A stretch of DNA of 63,570 nt, the filler included, from Choristocarpus tenellus KU-1152 (lineage: Eukaryota; Protista; Phaeophyceae): assembly GCA_964200185.2 (NCBI GenBank). It is 11 parts of 11 records of this genome, joined end to end, with 100 filler letters (N's around TTAATTAATTAA, not from the genome) between each part and the next. Parts side by side here need not be neighbours in the genome. Positions count along the whole stretch, not along the records: positions 9,702 to 15,181 come from CAXNAD020010650.1; positions 15,282 to 22,803 come from CAXNAD020006027.1; positions 22,904 to 28,965 come from CAXNAD020009040.1; 8 more parts are not named here. One strand, written 5' to 3'. Below are positions 14,363-28,473 of the stretch, one piece after another. The notes under the pieces were generated by a model. The model was given only the letters and a program-made list of their open reading frames with translations. It did no database searches and was not told the DNA's origin. The translations under genes and the position numbers were made by a program. Each line of letters opens with the position of its first letter. Within the stretch, counting starts at the first letter, position 1.

Positions 14363-14820
14363 TAAGCATGTGTGCGGATTGGATTGTTTGTTACACTGCT
14401 GAGTGACTCCTGGTGTTTTTGAAAATAGCTTTTTCATGAGGTCCAGGTAGGTACCAAGAGTAAGACTACTTTGATTTGTTGTGTGCTCAAGATGGTGAGA
14501 TTGTTGCTTGTGTAATCCCAGTTCACAATGTGATCGTGGTACTCTTAGATGACTTTGCTCTTCGAGTGCATGCATTGAGACTGGTTAATTATGAGACAGT
14601 AACAATGCTTGTGAGAACTCGTCCTGAACTGATGTGGGACCAGTCTAGTGTCGGACCCTGTACTTCACCCTACCACGCTGCTCTTAGTTTTTTTGCAAGA
14701 AGTCATTCTATCTCTTGGTCACCCTTTTTTATTTACTTATTTACTTGCTTAAGTCTTGCCTCAACTGTTTTACCCTTTCATCCCTCCCCCCTCTGCCCAC
14801 CATGATTTTGTCGTTGTTCA

Positions 14821-15030
14821 TCTATGTATCTCTTGTGTTTATCTATGCTTCTCTTGTGTTTATCTATGTGTCTCTTGTGTTTATCTATGCTTCTCTTGTG
14901 TTTATCTATGTATCTCTTGTGTTTATCTATGCTTCTCTTGTGTTTATCTATGTGTCTCTTGTGTTTATCTATGCTTCTCTTGTGTTTATCTATGTATCTC
15001 TTGTGTTTATCTATGTATATCTTATGTTTC
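14821..15030. repeat. 21-bp minisatellite TCTATGxxTCTCTTGTGTTTA, about 10 copies, with an 84-bp higher-order period
   Basis: The variable dinucleotide runs TA,CT,TG,CT,TA,CT,TG,CT,TA,TA. Confidence 0.95.
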
Positions 15031-15849
15031 ATGCACGGGGTGTTCGTGCTTGCTAAGGAGGCAAGACAGTGTGGCTGAAAGGCAGGCATTCATGGGGAGG
15101 GAGATAAGAGCTGCAGAAACAGCGATCTCTGTGGCACTCGTCTGTCTGTCCCCTCCCCACCTTTCCCCCCCCCCCCCGTATNNNNNNNNNNNNNNNNNNN
15201 NNNNNNNNNNNNNNNNNNNNNNNNNTTAATTAATTAANNNNNNNNNNNNNNNNNNNNNNNNNNNNNNNNNNNNNNNNNNNNCCCTGGTGTAGACCCCACC
15301 CCCATCCCCAGATACATTGGGTCTCAAACATTAAAATAAAAAACGCTTGCCAACAACTCAAGTTTTTTTTATTACGTCAGAGTGTATGAAGTATCACCAT
15401 TCAAGTATGAACTCAGTGGAGAGGGTGAACTAGTATGACTAAAAATTCACTTCTGTGTCCTCCATTCCGGCTCCTACTATCCTTCTGATCTTTCTTCTTG
15501 TAGAGCACCTCGATTCTTCTGTCCTAGCAACAATACGAAATTTTCGTACGCAGCTCCTCAGTGCAACACCTGGCAGTTTGTGATGAATCAAAACAAATGC
15601 CAAGCGATTCTTCTTGATTGTCGGGTATGAAAAACAGTACTGCACAGTGATACTGATAGGGGTTTGTTTATCACAGAGAGAGTGGTGGAACTTGAATCAT
15701 TTTTTTTCATTTTTAAAATTATCATTTCTGATGACTGCTGACTATTATGCCGCAAGGTCAGATACAAGTAGTATATTTTCCGTTCTTTGCTACACACTCT
15801 GTTGTTCTACAAATAGGTTTTGAAGTGGGTTTGCTTGCCCCCGTGACCA

Positions 15850-17040
15850 GCATGTGTGTGCCATGATAATGAAGCAGGCCCTACACTTGGTTCCCACTCC
15901 CTACTCCTTGGTGGATCATCCATGTGATTTGCTGTTTATTATTGCTGATCAAGAGTCGCCCCTGTAGTCATGGATGAGCGATCCAAGATCCTCTGCCGTA
16001 CTTGTTGTATACAAAAGCAACACCAACCGCTGTTTTTTTTTTTTAATTTGTTAGGGAGATTGTATGCATATACCTACATGCATAAACTTAGTATCAAGAA
16101 CAAAACACATTACTCCTAGTAGAGGTGGCGTACGGTAGGTCGTCTTCTTTGTACACTTACCTTCTTGTCCTTTTCCTTTTAAGTACTCTGTATTGCCAAT
16201 CAAAAGAGCATTCATAATAGCAGGCATTGTTTGCTTGCATCGATCTTCACTACAGCAAGTATTAACTCCCCTTGGGGAGGGTGTGGTTGTCAAAGAGAAG
16301 ATAGGCTATGAATACATGGTCAGCCAAAGCACCGTCTACATTGCTCGAACACGCCTGCGCATGTCCCAACAAGGCAGTCATAGTGACACTCGAAACTCAA
16401 CCACACCCCTCTCTTCAATGGTATTGCTCTATGATGTATGGCATGGGTATGGTCTCATCTCCCACCAGCCACATTGATGTATCATGGAGTTTGGGTCCGA
16501 GTCAACCCTCAAATAAACCAATGTGCTCTTACAGGGAGGAAATTTTGTTTGTGGCTATTCCTATTGAGCACTGATCATTCTACTGCAACCTACAGGGCAG
16601 CACTGAGAGAAAAAGGCAACCAACTGCAAAGATGGACACAACCGATTCTTGACCAAACTATGCACGAAGAGGCTCAGGATCCTTGACTCCTGCCAAAGGC
16701 CCTTGTCAACTAAGAAATACCTGGACAGATGAGATTTGTTGCGTATATATGTTACATGAGGTGCAGACCCTACTGTTGTAGAAAACTTCTGTGCTGAGAA
16801 GCAAAAGGTTGCTACTTCTTTTCAAAAGGTTCCTACTTCTTTTCCCACCCAAAACTTTGTACTACAGTATTATTATCACACCAAAGGAAGCCCAGAGATT
16901 CTTACACTCATGCATAGGATTGTTGAGCTCGGTCTATTTGCTGTTTGTTGCCAGCAAAGATGTCAGGCGCCTGACATCAAGACCTGTATCTACCCCTTTG
17001 AACGCTCTTGCCGTGTGTGTCTGCCTGCCTGCCGCATAGC
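15850..17040 (+). mobile_element. Degraded LINE-like reverse transcriptase remnant
   Basis: RGGVR*-type segment near 16125 resembles RT GVRQG; the rest is riddled with stops. Confidence 0.25.
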
Positions 17041-17422
17041 ACTGTTAGCATTGTAATGACATGGCATCAGTATCGGATTGAAGGTATGTAAAGAAAATGA
17101 CAATTTCAAATCATACAACAATTAGAAGATGTTGCATGTACCTACGACGTATCCTTGAACACTGGAAGGCGTACGTACGTGCCATCAGTACATAGTGTGG
17201 AGTTGTAAGCATTCACGAATTTTCAACATGCATGCAAAGGTCTTCCCAGGAGGCACAGGCCTCGGGCATACCCTGCGTCTGCCCAGCACACTTGGCACCT
17301 AACACTTTGTTGCAGTTGCCAGTAGAATTGAACAATGACAGAAGATACTCTTATCTATTGATCTATGTTGCATGCATGGGGTGTCACCAGCACGCGCCAA
17401 ACAATCCGTACCACTAAACACC

Positions 17423-19626
17423 TCAATTTTTATTCTTTCTGCTTCCACGCCCTCTACCCCTCCCCCCACCTCCCCTTCCCTCTCTCCTCTCCCTACCTCC
17501 CCTTCCCTCACCAGTCCCATCACCTTCACCACCAACCCCGCTACCATGCCCACCAATGCCCTGATTTCCTACTGGCTCCTGGCCCCTGCGTCCTCGCCCA
17601 CCCCCTTTCCCACCCTGCCTGCAACCACTGCCTTGGTCTCCCAGTTCTGTCCTTGCTTTCCACCTTGGAGCTTTAGACTCTCCTCGCGATTCACCCACCC
17701 GCCCTCCTCGGTCTGGCACATCCCCCATGAGCACTCTCTTGGCCACACTCTTTCCTGCAACAGCCTCCTGAGACATCATTATAAATCCAGGGGGCGCATG
17801 GGGCACGAGAGAAGTGGAGTCAGTCAAGAGCCTCTATCCTCATGCTTGAGTTTCCTGCCAATGTCATCACTAGGGTGATGAGGCAAACGCTATGCGAATG
17901 ATATATAACGTAGAGAGAAGAGAACAACAGGAACACATTGCACATACCCTACAAATGTCAGGCCCACTTTTGTGAGGGATGGATGGGTCTACAATGCATT
18001 CTATTCAAGGACGATGGTTGGTGTTGATTTAGTGCACTGCTGCTGCTTGTGATAGATGTGTGACCACAGCTACTTTCCCCCCCATTGCTTCACCCACCGC
18101 AGCTATCATTCGAGTATGCTCCCAGGCCACACAGTGTCTGGCCTGCAGGGCGTCATCCACCGAAATAGCCCTACTGCTGTCTGCAATTGTATCCATTCTT
18201 TCCTGATGAGGGGAAAATACAAGTGGGCGTGTAGTGCATATCCATGAAATGAGGAGAGAGAGGGCATCAGTTCCTCCTTCATCCTCCAGCATAGGGTTTA
18301 GGGCAGTTCTTTGGCGTCTTTTTTATTAGTTCTTAAGGGCAACGAGTTAGACAGACTTCACAAATGGTGTCATTCCTCATTTGTTCATAGAGAATCATAA
18401 CATGATACGTTTACCTTGGTACACATACAACTGTATTCAGGACGATGGTAAGGTGTATGGAACAAAGAGGGAGTTGGGTTCCCTCTGTGATACCAAGCCT
18501 CGAGAAAGGATCAACGGTAGCTGTACAACCTTCATTTGTGCAGCAATGGCACCCTTGTCGCTTCCCAGTAAGTCTTTTCCCTTCAAGAACGATTGCACAG
18601 CAACATCACAGCGCCGGAGCAACATGCGTCTCCTAAGCTGGAAGTCAGCTGACATAGCATTGTTTACCCGCTCCACCACCTCTCGCTGTGAGTTCGTGAG
18701 GTGGATGTCTCCGAGCATTGAATGAGCGACACGCACTGCATCCTGTCCAACAGGTTTCATGGGAACTTCAGCTCTGGAGGAACCGATGAGGGTCTCAGCC
18801 TTGACTGCAATTGAGGCCATGAGAGTATCTGGTTGGGCTTGGACATGTCCTTCGGGTCGAGATACCTACCCGAGACGAAGGAAAGGTTACGAAATTGAAA
18901 CACGATTAGATGCGTTCTAAAATGAAATTCTGTGTATCAGAAAGATGGGGCTCTTGTCTCTGGCAACAACTTTCATGTCCATAATTTTTTCAACCTGAAG
19001 TACTGACTGCAGGGAATTCATCACCACCATTGCTCGGCGGCGCTCATCCTCCGCGTTAATGTTGACCTCGTGATTGGCGGCGACGTCTTTAGCGACAACA
19101 GTACCTTCCCCCAGTTTCAGCTGGTGCAGTCTGCGATAGGACTCAATGCAAAGGGCCTGCAATTCTGAGCACAAAAAGGTTAGGATTTCCACCCTGGGAT
19201 TGGCAATTGAAAAGATGCAAAGTGAGTGCGTTTGAGGTTGAGGCCCTATCACTCACTATCACTCAATGGACTCTGATAGAAAGATTGAAGGTATGATCGC
19301 ACAATCTCAAAGCGGGAGTGGAAGCACCTTTGATCGGATACATTGCATCCACCAGGTAGTATTGGCATGCCCCTTAATCTTGCAGCCTCGGCTGCATCGA
19401 TGTTCTTGTCCGGTTTGATCGTTGACCTGTCGAGTGCGAGTTCGAGGATGTGTATCTGATTCAAGACTTGAGCTTGGACGGTAATGAACGCATCCTCTTG
19501 TGCCCCTCCTGGCTGTACTCCCTGCGCTGCGAAACCTTCTGAATCTAAACCGACATCCAGATCAGATAGCTGCAGGTTTAGATTACCCACAGCCAGGTCA
19601 GGGTCAGCAAGGGCACTCATCATCAT
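17423..19626 (-). CDS. FAM98: FAM98 family protein (DUF2465) with an RGG-rich C-terminal tail; 5 exons (approx. 19626-19257, 19193-18995, 18865-18530, 18202-18074, about 17767-17423)
   Basis: Diagnostic FAM98 motifs RVEILTFLCSELQA, DFQLRRRMLLRRCDVAVQSF and KRVLMGDVPDRGGR are followed by a GGRG/RGG tail and a stop codon. Splice sites are GT-AG. Confidence 0.88.
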
Positions 19627-19982
19627 ATCAAGGAGAACTACTTGGATGGGTAAGATGAGTAAACGTGTTTCAACATAGGGTTAGGGCTCTGCGATCAACA
19701 CACCCAAAAGACCTCTTCCCTGAAAATGACTTATACAACAACACCGGCTATCCTAGGACACAAAGAGGCAAATGGAGCCCCCAGAAGATCGTAAGGCAGA
19801 GGTGAGTGGACATGATCTCCTTCCCTCTATTAAAGGCAGCGTAGGCCTATTGAACTCCTCTTTTCTCGTGTTCACTACAATATTTTTTCTCCATTTCCTT
19901 GCAAAAGTAACTTGAAACCCCCGAACTTAGTACGTTTGATTCCTCCAGCTCACCCAATCTGACACTTTCTCTCTCTTGCATC

Positions 19983-22011
19983 ATGACTCACCAACAGTTT
20001 ATCGCTTTGTTCTTGGAGGTCACGCACTCCTCGGATGAGGCCCAGGCATCACAGGTGAGAATTCCCGGCACCTTTTTGGAGGGTGTCAACACGGACGATA
20101 CACAGTCCATACGGCTAAGAGATTCATCTCTTGGCTTCTAGATTTTACCTCTGCGATACTGACCCTAGCATGCTGATGAAGCGTAGCCCTCCCTACAAAA
20201 GCTACCTGTGCACCCCAAGATCACACCGACAAACCCAGGGATGACGCCTACACTTTCTTCAAGCACTTGATACTTGACCCCTTCCTGTCTGTCCCATAGA
20301 TGCTGGAGTGGTACGGTTGGGAGGTGGACCGAGCCGTGAGTGCCTTCATGCTGGGTGATATTACCCCCCCAAGTAGTTTCCTCAATCCTGGTGGCTCAAG
20401 GGGGTTTGACCAGGCGAACACAGACCCTGCAACAGGTGTTCAGCACTCCGAGATAGACAACCTAGGGGATACTGCAATAGGTGGCATGGGGGGAGAAGAT
20501 TCCCGCACCAGCACTGGGGAGCAGGGTCATCCTGGTATTATCTCAATTGTGCTGGGTCTGCCATTCCGTCTTATTGGAAAGGTATGATTCTGGTCTGGGA
20601 TGCCACCCTTTTTGTCGAATATTGAGTTACTTTCATAGCTAGTCACTGCATGCTGCCTGTTCGCAACCTTTCCATACCTGGTTAACAGTCACACATTGGG
20701 TGGAATAGTGCCTCGGTCGCACTCGATGTTCTATAATAGTGTGCACCAGTGAACAATTTTTTCCCCTCTTCAACATCTGGCAGTTGGTGAGCTACGCCCT
20801 TGCACCAATCAACTACCTCCTTGGGGCAGAGGACCAGCCAAAGGATGGTGGTGCTGCAGCAAGGCGGTTTGTGAGCCATTTTGAAGCTGAGGTGTGTACA
20901 TGTGTGCGTGAGTGCATGCGCTTTTTCCAGCTGGCTGACTGTGGTAACATGAGAATGTTACGGTGCTGTCTTTGGTAGATCTAGAGTTGACACTGTCGCA
21001 TGTCCTGGAGGTGTACCAAGTTGTATTATTGTAAGAACAACCCTCCCTCCCTTATCAACTAAGTGACAGCAATGACCACCCCGCCCCACCACACCTCGAT
21101 TCATTTGTATATGCTCGTGTCTGCTTGCAGTATGGAAGGGAAAAACAGCCGCCCTTCATCATTGAATCATACCGGGAAGCTGTAAATGAGGCTGTACGTC
21201 AGCACAAGTTCTTGCTTGTCTACCTGCATGCCCCAATGCACCAGGATACCCCTCAGTTTTGCAGGTGGGGGATTTTGCCTAATAGGTATTAGAGTGGCAA
21301 GGAAGTGTGTCCCATGATAGGTTTACAAGATATTAACTGAAATGGGCAAGAGTTGCAACAACTCCTCATCTATTTCCCTTTGCAAGTTGCAACAACTCTT
21401 GCTTTTTTTGCGTGGGAGTTCATGATGGGAGATTGACTGCTGGGGAAGGTGAGACCGCATGTTGGAAGGTGTTTGTAATTTGGTTGGAGTTTATCTTGGC
21501 AGACAGACTGGAGAAATGCTGAGTTTCAGCAAAGCTTTGAATCTCATCTCATGTTAGTGGATTGTTCTCCTTCTGGGGTAGATCTACGTTGTGGTCATGT
21601 AGCTGATAGGGTTTCACAATTAAAATCCTTGCCTCGCATCAATTCAATATTAAATTAAACATCCCCCATTAATATTTAAATTTCATTTGCTGAATAGAAT
21701 ACAATTCTCCTAAGGATAACCTCCATTTCTATGATGACTTTTTATTATGAAACTCTTGGAATTCTACAATATTATGCTATAGATACAATATCTCCTACCT
21801 TGTTCATTGTTCTTTTAACTGTGTGTGATACCTGTACCACCGTTTCAGATCTACGTTATGCTCAGAGACTCTTGTAGACTTTCTGGAGCATAATGTCCTG
21901 GTATGGGGTGCATCTCTTTTTCACAAGGAGGGTTTTGTTGTAAGCCAGCATCTTCAGGCGTGTGCCTATCCATTTATTGGTCTGCTCATGTGCAGTGCCA
22001 ATCGAGTTGAG
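19983..22011 (+). CDS. FAF2: UBA-UAS(-UBX) p97/CDC48 adaptor, FAF2/UBXD8/PUX10-like, 3'-partial (exons 19983-20054, 20300-20581, 20784-20891, 21131-21264, 21849-22011)
   Basis: UBA-like N-terminus (FLEVT..ASQMLEWYGWEVDRAV), a hydrophobic hairpin, then a UAS domain: YREAVNEAVRQHKFLLVYLHAPMHQDTPQFCRSTLC..LVWG..VSQHLQACAYPFIGLL. Exon phases are consistent. Confidence 0.85.
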
Positions 22012-22903
22012 GTGTGTGACACAGTTGATGCTGTCTTTCTCTTGAGGGGATAGGATGGTGTGGGGTGGGGTGGGGTGAGAAGGAGCACTCTAAGAATTTA
22101 TTCTTTGCTCATGGACATTTTTTTTCTAAGGCACGGATGTGATGTAGTACACACAGTTTTATAGCCTGTACTGTGTGTTTGTGTCATGTGTTCCAGCAAG
22201 GGATACAATCTGAAGAGGTGGGGTTGAAAAGGGAAATGCTTGTGCCTCCAGGTTGCATGGGGCAAGGCAAGGCAAGTCTGTTGGGGGAGGGGGGGGGGGA
22301 ATATATTTCCTGTGGCAATTGCAATTATAGGAGGGCCCAAGAAAGTGTTAACCTTGGTAGGCTGTACTTTTGGTGAGGCTTGTAATGCATGGAATGATAT
22401 CTTAAAACCAGGAAAATATGACTGCCCGGAGAGAACGGTTGATGACCCGAAAACTCCTTTCCCATGGGTGATTCATTACACTTTCTGGTACTGAAAAAAA
22501 AAGAAAAAAGTTTGAGTGCCATTTCGCATCCAAATGGAAATAAATAAATGATCCTTTATGCCATGCTCTTTATTTCGACCTTTTCGGGTTTACACATATT
22601 CATTCCTATGCCCACAATCCCCTCCCATCCTCTTCCCTTGGACCGTGTTAAATCTCCCATAAACTGCATGCTGGCTTGCTACCGGACAACATTTATTTAT
22701 TTCATTTTTCTGGCGAACGGCTTGTGGCGTTGGTTTGGGTGTGGGGGCATGGGGGGGGGGGGGGGGGGGTTGGTTGGGGGGGGGGGGGGGGGTGGGGGGG
22801 TGGNNNNNNNNNNNNNNNNNNNNNNNNNNNNNNNNNNNNNNNNNNNNTTAATTAATTAANNNNNNNNNNNNNNNNNNNNNNNNNNNNNNNNNNNNNNNNN
22901 NNN

Positions 22904-22988
22904 TTGAAACTTCAGCAAAAAAAAGGGTTGTTTGACCGAAACGGACGCCCCCTCACGAACCACCCCCCCCCCCAAGATACTTTGACCC
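22904..22988 (+). mobile_element. 3' end of a GGG...CCC-type MITE (same family as 62471-62653), cut by the contig start
   Basis: GAAACGGACGCCCCCTCAC...CCCAAGATACTTTGACCC matches the end of the 62471 copy. Confidence 0.8.
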
Positions 22989-23449
22989 CTCTGTTTCCCT
23001 GTAAGGGCGTTGTGACTCTTCAGAGCCTTGCCACGTCATTGATTGCTTCTGGCCCCATCTAGCATTGTGATGGCGACAGTACAAGGTGGCACACGGTTGC
23101 TGACAGTGATAGGAGGTTTTGGAACTAAGGAAAAGGTAGTGGCTCAATGAGCAGCAGTGGGCGAGTAGATGTTGGTTATGAAGTCACACAAGTGGTTTTG
23201 CAACTGAAACGGTAGAGTTGTGATTACTGCACACACTATGTTGTATCAGGTGTGAAAGTAGTGCTGATGAGAAGACAGGGTATGAATAGTAGTGTAAGAA
23301 CAGTGACACTCCTCGGGTGTTCACAATATTACCACAAAGTCCCTGCTAATGCAAATGCCAATGCCAACAAAGGTATCGCCCCATCCCCACATTCACAAAC
23401 TCCTTGTTAGAACTCCACAATCAACACTTTACTGGTTCACCTGCACTAG

Positions 23450-24577
23450 GTGGTTGTTGAGGAAAGCGGTGTTGAGGAATATGTTCATCTAAGATCTACT
23501 GAGGACGAGTACGAACACTTGGACTCAACCTTACCTCCTCAGGCTCGTGGAGGAGGTGCTGGGGTAGATACTGAACCCACAACAGAAGAAGGTGTTGAAG
23601 GTGGGGTTGAAGAAAGGTCCCAAGGCGCCACAAGTGTTAGAGGCACCAATGGTAACGATGCTGCCAAGGAAAGTAACCCTCAGGAGGCACCAGAAAATGT
23701 TGACATATCAGAAAGAGACAGTGCTGGGAGTGATAAAGAAATACCTAGTACAGTTCCAGAGCCAAGTGCAGAGAGAGATGACAACAAGAGCATCCCCTGC
23801 AAAGCAGGAAAAGATGAAGCCAAGGAGACCGGCAAGGAAGAAAGCAGTGTTAACAGGACCAAATACGAGACCTTTCCCAGCTGGTACTCCTCTACTGGTT
23901 GCCCTGCTTCTTACCTTGGACATGTGCGGTCTCCAGTATGTTCACCACGGATCTCGCCTCATCCGCATGGGTCTCCATATCGTCAAGAAGGAGTGGGTGG
24001 GCGGGAGGACTCCGGACGTAGGGTTAGTCCAGTTGGTAGGAGAAGGTCTGGGGGTGGTAATCAGGAGACCTTGAGGCAGGAGACAGATGGCGAAGGGGGA
24101 GAGGGGGCAAGCTTCAACCAAGCACCTTGTCCTCAGGAGGTTTGGGATACTTTTAAAAACCTAGGGGGTCAGAGTGGTATGGAGGGTGGAGGTATTGAAG
24201 GTTGTACGACCCAAAGCATTGACGGGTATAGCACTGACACAAGCCTTTCTGGCAGAATTGCGGTTGGAGACCCCAGTCCGAGGAGAGGAGATGATGGATC
24301 GGTCAACATGGGTGTTGGTTCTGTGGTGTTTGGGATAGACCAGGGGGAGGACAAGACTGGGGGTGAGGAATGGTGGCAAAGCAATGAACTTGGAGGGGAG
24401 AGGAAGGGCTACAACATGGGGAGGGAGGAGTTGGACGCCCTTATTGGACAAGCTAGAGGTTGGGGAGGGGAAGGGGAGCGGGAGGGAGAGGTGGGGAAAG
24501 GATTTGAGGGGTCTGATATAGTGTTGAATGAAAATAGTGAATCAGTGTGCGGTTTATCGACGGCATGGATAGAAAGG
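23450..24577 (+). CDS. Large internal exon of a low-complexity G/E/S-rich protein of unknown function
   Basis: A 376-codon open frame bounded by CTAG| and AG|GTAGG; no recognisable domain. Confidence 0.5.
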
Positions 24578-26524
24578 TAGGACTCCCCCTTCCCCTGAGG
24601 TAGTGCAGACATGTTTTTTTTTTTCAGATAGACGTGAGAACAACATCCATCCTCAGGAGTCTGGTCGAATTCCTCTCTCTGAAGGGATGCGCTACTGAAC
24701 ATAGATGATGCGCACTTCTCGTACAACTTTGTTATCAAATGCCCTGAGGCCGGTCAATGTTAGCCAGGCTTGGGGAGGGGGATGCTATAGGTGGTGTTGC
24801 TGCAATGGAACCGAGACCCTTCAACTGTAATGGCAACTGTGGTAATAATGGTTTTAATAGGATGCATTCTATTTCCTTCTTGCAACATAACTCTCACTTG
24901 ACACAGACACTGCTCCCCAAATAACGAAACAAAACCCTACAGTTACGTACTAGCATCTCCAATTCAGCTGTTGGAGCAGGTAGAAAGTGTTCTATGACCC
25001 CAGATCTTGCATGCCCAACAATGTGCGGTTTTGTGGTCCCAATGTTTGACGGCGATCTAGTGACCACATTCAAGTTTTTTCATCATGAGCACAGTAGTGG
25101 ATCATACTCCATTGGTTTGGATAGTGTGTGCCTTGGCCTGTCCGTACCTCTTTTTTTCAAACTCACAAGTAGTGATATTTCTCCAAAAGGTCTCCTTTCA
25201 TCAAGCTCCTATCCTCGTAATGGTTCCCTCTCTCCCTTCCTAAACAAGAGCCCGTCTCCACCAAACAACAAATCAATCTACTCAATACTACCTTCAACCT
25301 TTAGAAGTTCGAGCTTCCTGAGAGATCGATGACTTACCAAGATGAGGGAGAATGATGTCAAGGAGAACATGTAACTCCACGACAACCTAACCCAGGTTAT
25401 AGACCTACCTACTGGTACACATAAGAGACAGCAATAAGTGAGCACTAGGTTGGGCGGGGATTGAGGTCACTGGCCTACAAAACATATGTGGGGTGATTCG
25501 AAAACTCTCACTTTTGTAGCCTCATGAGTATGCATGGGGAATGATAGGCAATGTCAGGCAGGAGTAGCTATGGTGCCGAGGAAATATCTGTTCCACCTGG
25601 GAAGGGGGATTGCCAACACTACTTGAGCTACTCGTCCAAGGTGGAGATGTGCTGTTCTATTTTTACTGTATAAGGAAGGGGCGGCAGGGATGACAGCAAG
25701 GAAAGTCAGGAGTCAGGGTTAACTTGATATAGTGCACTGCGTTCAGTAATACATGCACTTTGAAGATGGGCTGTGGAGAGTTGTGGTATCTCGTTCCTCA
25801 CTTAAATGTTTTGATGTGAAGCACTCCCTGACTACAACGATTGCAAGTACTATCAAAATATGTATGAAATTTTGTCGATATGCGCAATTACCATGTACTT
25901 CGAAATACTACTAGAAGAGTCAAATTGTACGTACAGTTTGATGGCGGTGTTACCAATTGCTTGTATTACTACTGTATATGTCAGCATGTTAGATATGGAA
26001 GAGAGTGACATTATTTTGAGGTTTGTGGGTAGTGTTGGTGCGTAACAGACAGATCTACTCACCCTTGTTGTTGGAGTGCAAATCTTCCTACTGGTGGTAC
26101 TACTATACTACTACTTCCAGCCTTACTGTTCAATCTAATACATCAAACCAACCATTACCACTCCGAACTCATATAACATATACTAGTACATGTGTCCTAT
26201 GTGGAGCTTACTGCTTCTACAGAGTAGTAGCGGTAAATAGCAGCAAGAAAATCTTGCGATGCACTCACCCGCATGTCCTCCCAGACTTAGAGGTAGGTAG
26301 AGATACCTCCAACAGATCAAGATGAGCTAGAAACTAGAAGAAAATCTTGGAGGGGGTCTTCAAGGCCTAACCTGGCTCACCTAAAGTTAGTCTGTTGTTT
26401 CTAGCATGAGTAGAGTGTACTTGTACTACTTCCGTACAAAACATCTTGAGACCGCTCCACTTCTTGTGCAGTCGTTCCTGACTCAAATTATCGCACGCTC
26501 TAAAAAAAGTTCATGTTGCTTGCA

Positions 26525-26783
26525 GAGACAAAGTATCTTAGAGGGTAGCAACGCGTCCATTTGGAGGTCAAAATCCATTGTTGCAATTTTGATGAAAAAT
26601 TGGCTATCGTGTTTGTTAGGAAGTGTCAATGTCCTTGCTTCAGACACACATTTTCATAACATAAACATTTTACCTACTCCGAAACACTTTGGAGTAGGAA
26701 AATGTCATTTAAAAAAACATGGGGAGCCAAGCCCCAAATGGACAAACAGGGCATAACTCGTACCCTCTAAGATACTTTCACTC
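26525..26783 (+). mobile_element. 259-bp Sola2-like MITE, TSD TGCA
   Basis: TIRs GAGACAAAGTATCTTAGAGGGTA / TACCCTCTAAGATACTTTCACTC, with TGCA on both flanks. Confidence 0.9.
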
Positions 26784-28201
26784 TGCAGTCACCTTCCGTG
26801 CTTCCTCACCCACAATTCTATGTACATAGTTACATTAGTGCAAGGAGTATTTCACGTCGGGGCCTCATCAGCTGTATCGGTATATCAATAATATTATCAT
26901 ATATACTCCGAGTATAATACTTTATTACCAGTTCCTCAGCGTGCGAAGAAGAGGACTCTTGGTCGACCACCGTTGGAAAATCGACGACTGCCAATGTGAA
27001 AACATCTGACCTGATGCCATACAAAGTACTCCCTAAATGAGTGATTCAGCAGGGTAGAATCTTGTAGTGTCCGGGCTAAAACCGCACGAGGTGATGAGGT
27101 GTCATCAACATTTTGGGGTTGTGAGGGCATTAGTTGGGGCCATTCTCATCTCAAAGCAGCAAGGGAAAGGTATGTGCGGAACACGTATATTTCCTCAAGC
27201 AGTACAAGATCATCACGAGATTGTGTTGATTAAGGAGACCTGTTTTCGCCCAAGTTTGTAAGGCAGTACACTTGGAAGGATCCACTAGAGCAAGAAATGC
27301 ATAGTAGGTAGGTGTACCTACCTACCCCTCACTGCCAAGACCACGAGAGAAAGAGGAAACGAGGAGATCGGTCGTAGAGGAGAAACCGTCCTTCTCGCCA
27401 CCGGCGGATCTAAAAGTGATAAAAAAAACCCGACAACCACGCAGGTGGGAGACTTCAATAAATATTTACGTTACACCACTCAGACTTAACTTCTTTCTCC
27501 TCTCATTCCTCGATCTATACGGCATACTGTATACGGCAAAGTAAAAAAAAAAACTCTTCTTAGATCAAGAACAATATAATTCTTTTCGACAAAGGGACCA
27601 TCGTCATATATGAAGGAAGGGGTGCCTAGACCAAGCAAACAATACGGAGAAAAATATGACCTTTTTGCCACCTTGGTGCCCCATACAGACCACACCAGGA
27701 AAACGCCTTCCTAATTTCTCAAAATGCATGTGCCACAAGACAAGTCAGGGGTTCCAAAGGTTCAGTGACACACCCCACTTGAAGATGTAAGCACCATCGG
27801 TAGTTGTTAGTCACTTGAGTATCGGAAGGCAGAGGGCAGCGCAGGCAGACAAGTTTTCGTGTTCATATACTCTAGAGTAGTTCTACTATGTTGTGATAGG
27901 ATCCCTGCACATGCACATACACAGCTTCTCAGCTGGTGGATGATTTGGTCCATCATCATATTAACAATTCTGACCTGCAACGATACACTACTCAACACAA
28001 CACAACTCCTTGGATAGTCGGGATAATACTTCATAAAAAAGGTTCGAGACAATGGAAGCACGTCCTTCCAGAAGAGGATACCTTGGACATTACATCCAAT
28101 CCCCAAAATCTCTTGCATCGGCTGTCTCATTGTCGTCAAGCCGTCTCATGAGGTGGATACCAAAAGCGATATGCTAACTGTGGTGGGGCAAGAAAAAAAA
28201 G

Positions 28202-28298
28202 AATAATAACAATAATAATAATAATAATAATAACAATAATAATAATAATAATAATAATAACACTAATAACAATAATAATAATAACAATAATAATAACA
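28202..28298. repeat. (AAT)n microsatellite
   Basis: Read directly from the sequence. Confidence 0.95.
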
Positions 28299-28370
28299 CA
28301 GGACTTGATATAAATAGTTCCCGCATATTTATGAAACATGCTCTAGCAAGACATAGACAACAGATCCGCC

Positions 28371-28473
28371 ATAGTGAACTTGAAGAGATGATTATGATAT
28401 GCATAGTGAGCTTGAAGAGATGATTATGATATACATAGTGAGCTTGAAGAGATGATTATGATATACATAGTGA
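28371..28473. repeat. About 32-bp tandem repeat ATAGTGAGCTTGAAGAGATGATTATGATATAC, 3 copies
   Basis: Read directly from the sequence. Confidence 0.9.
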
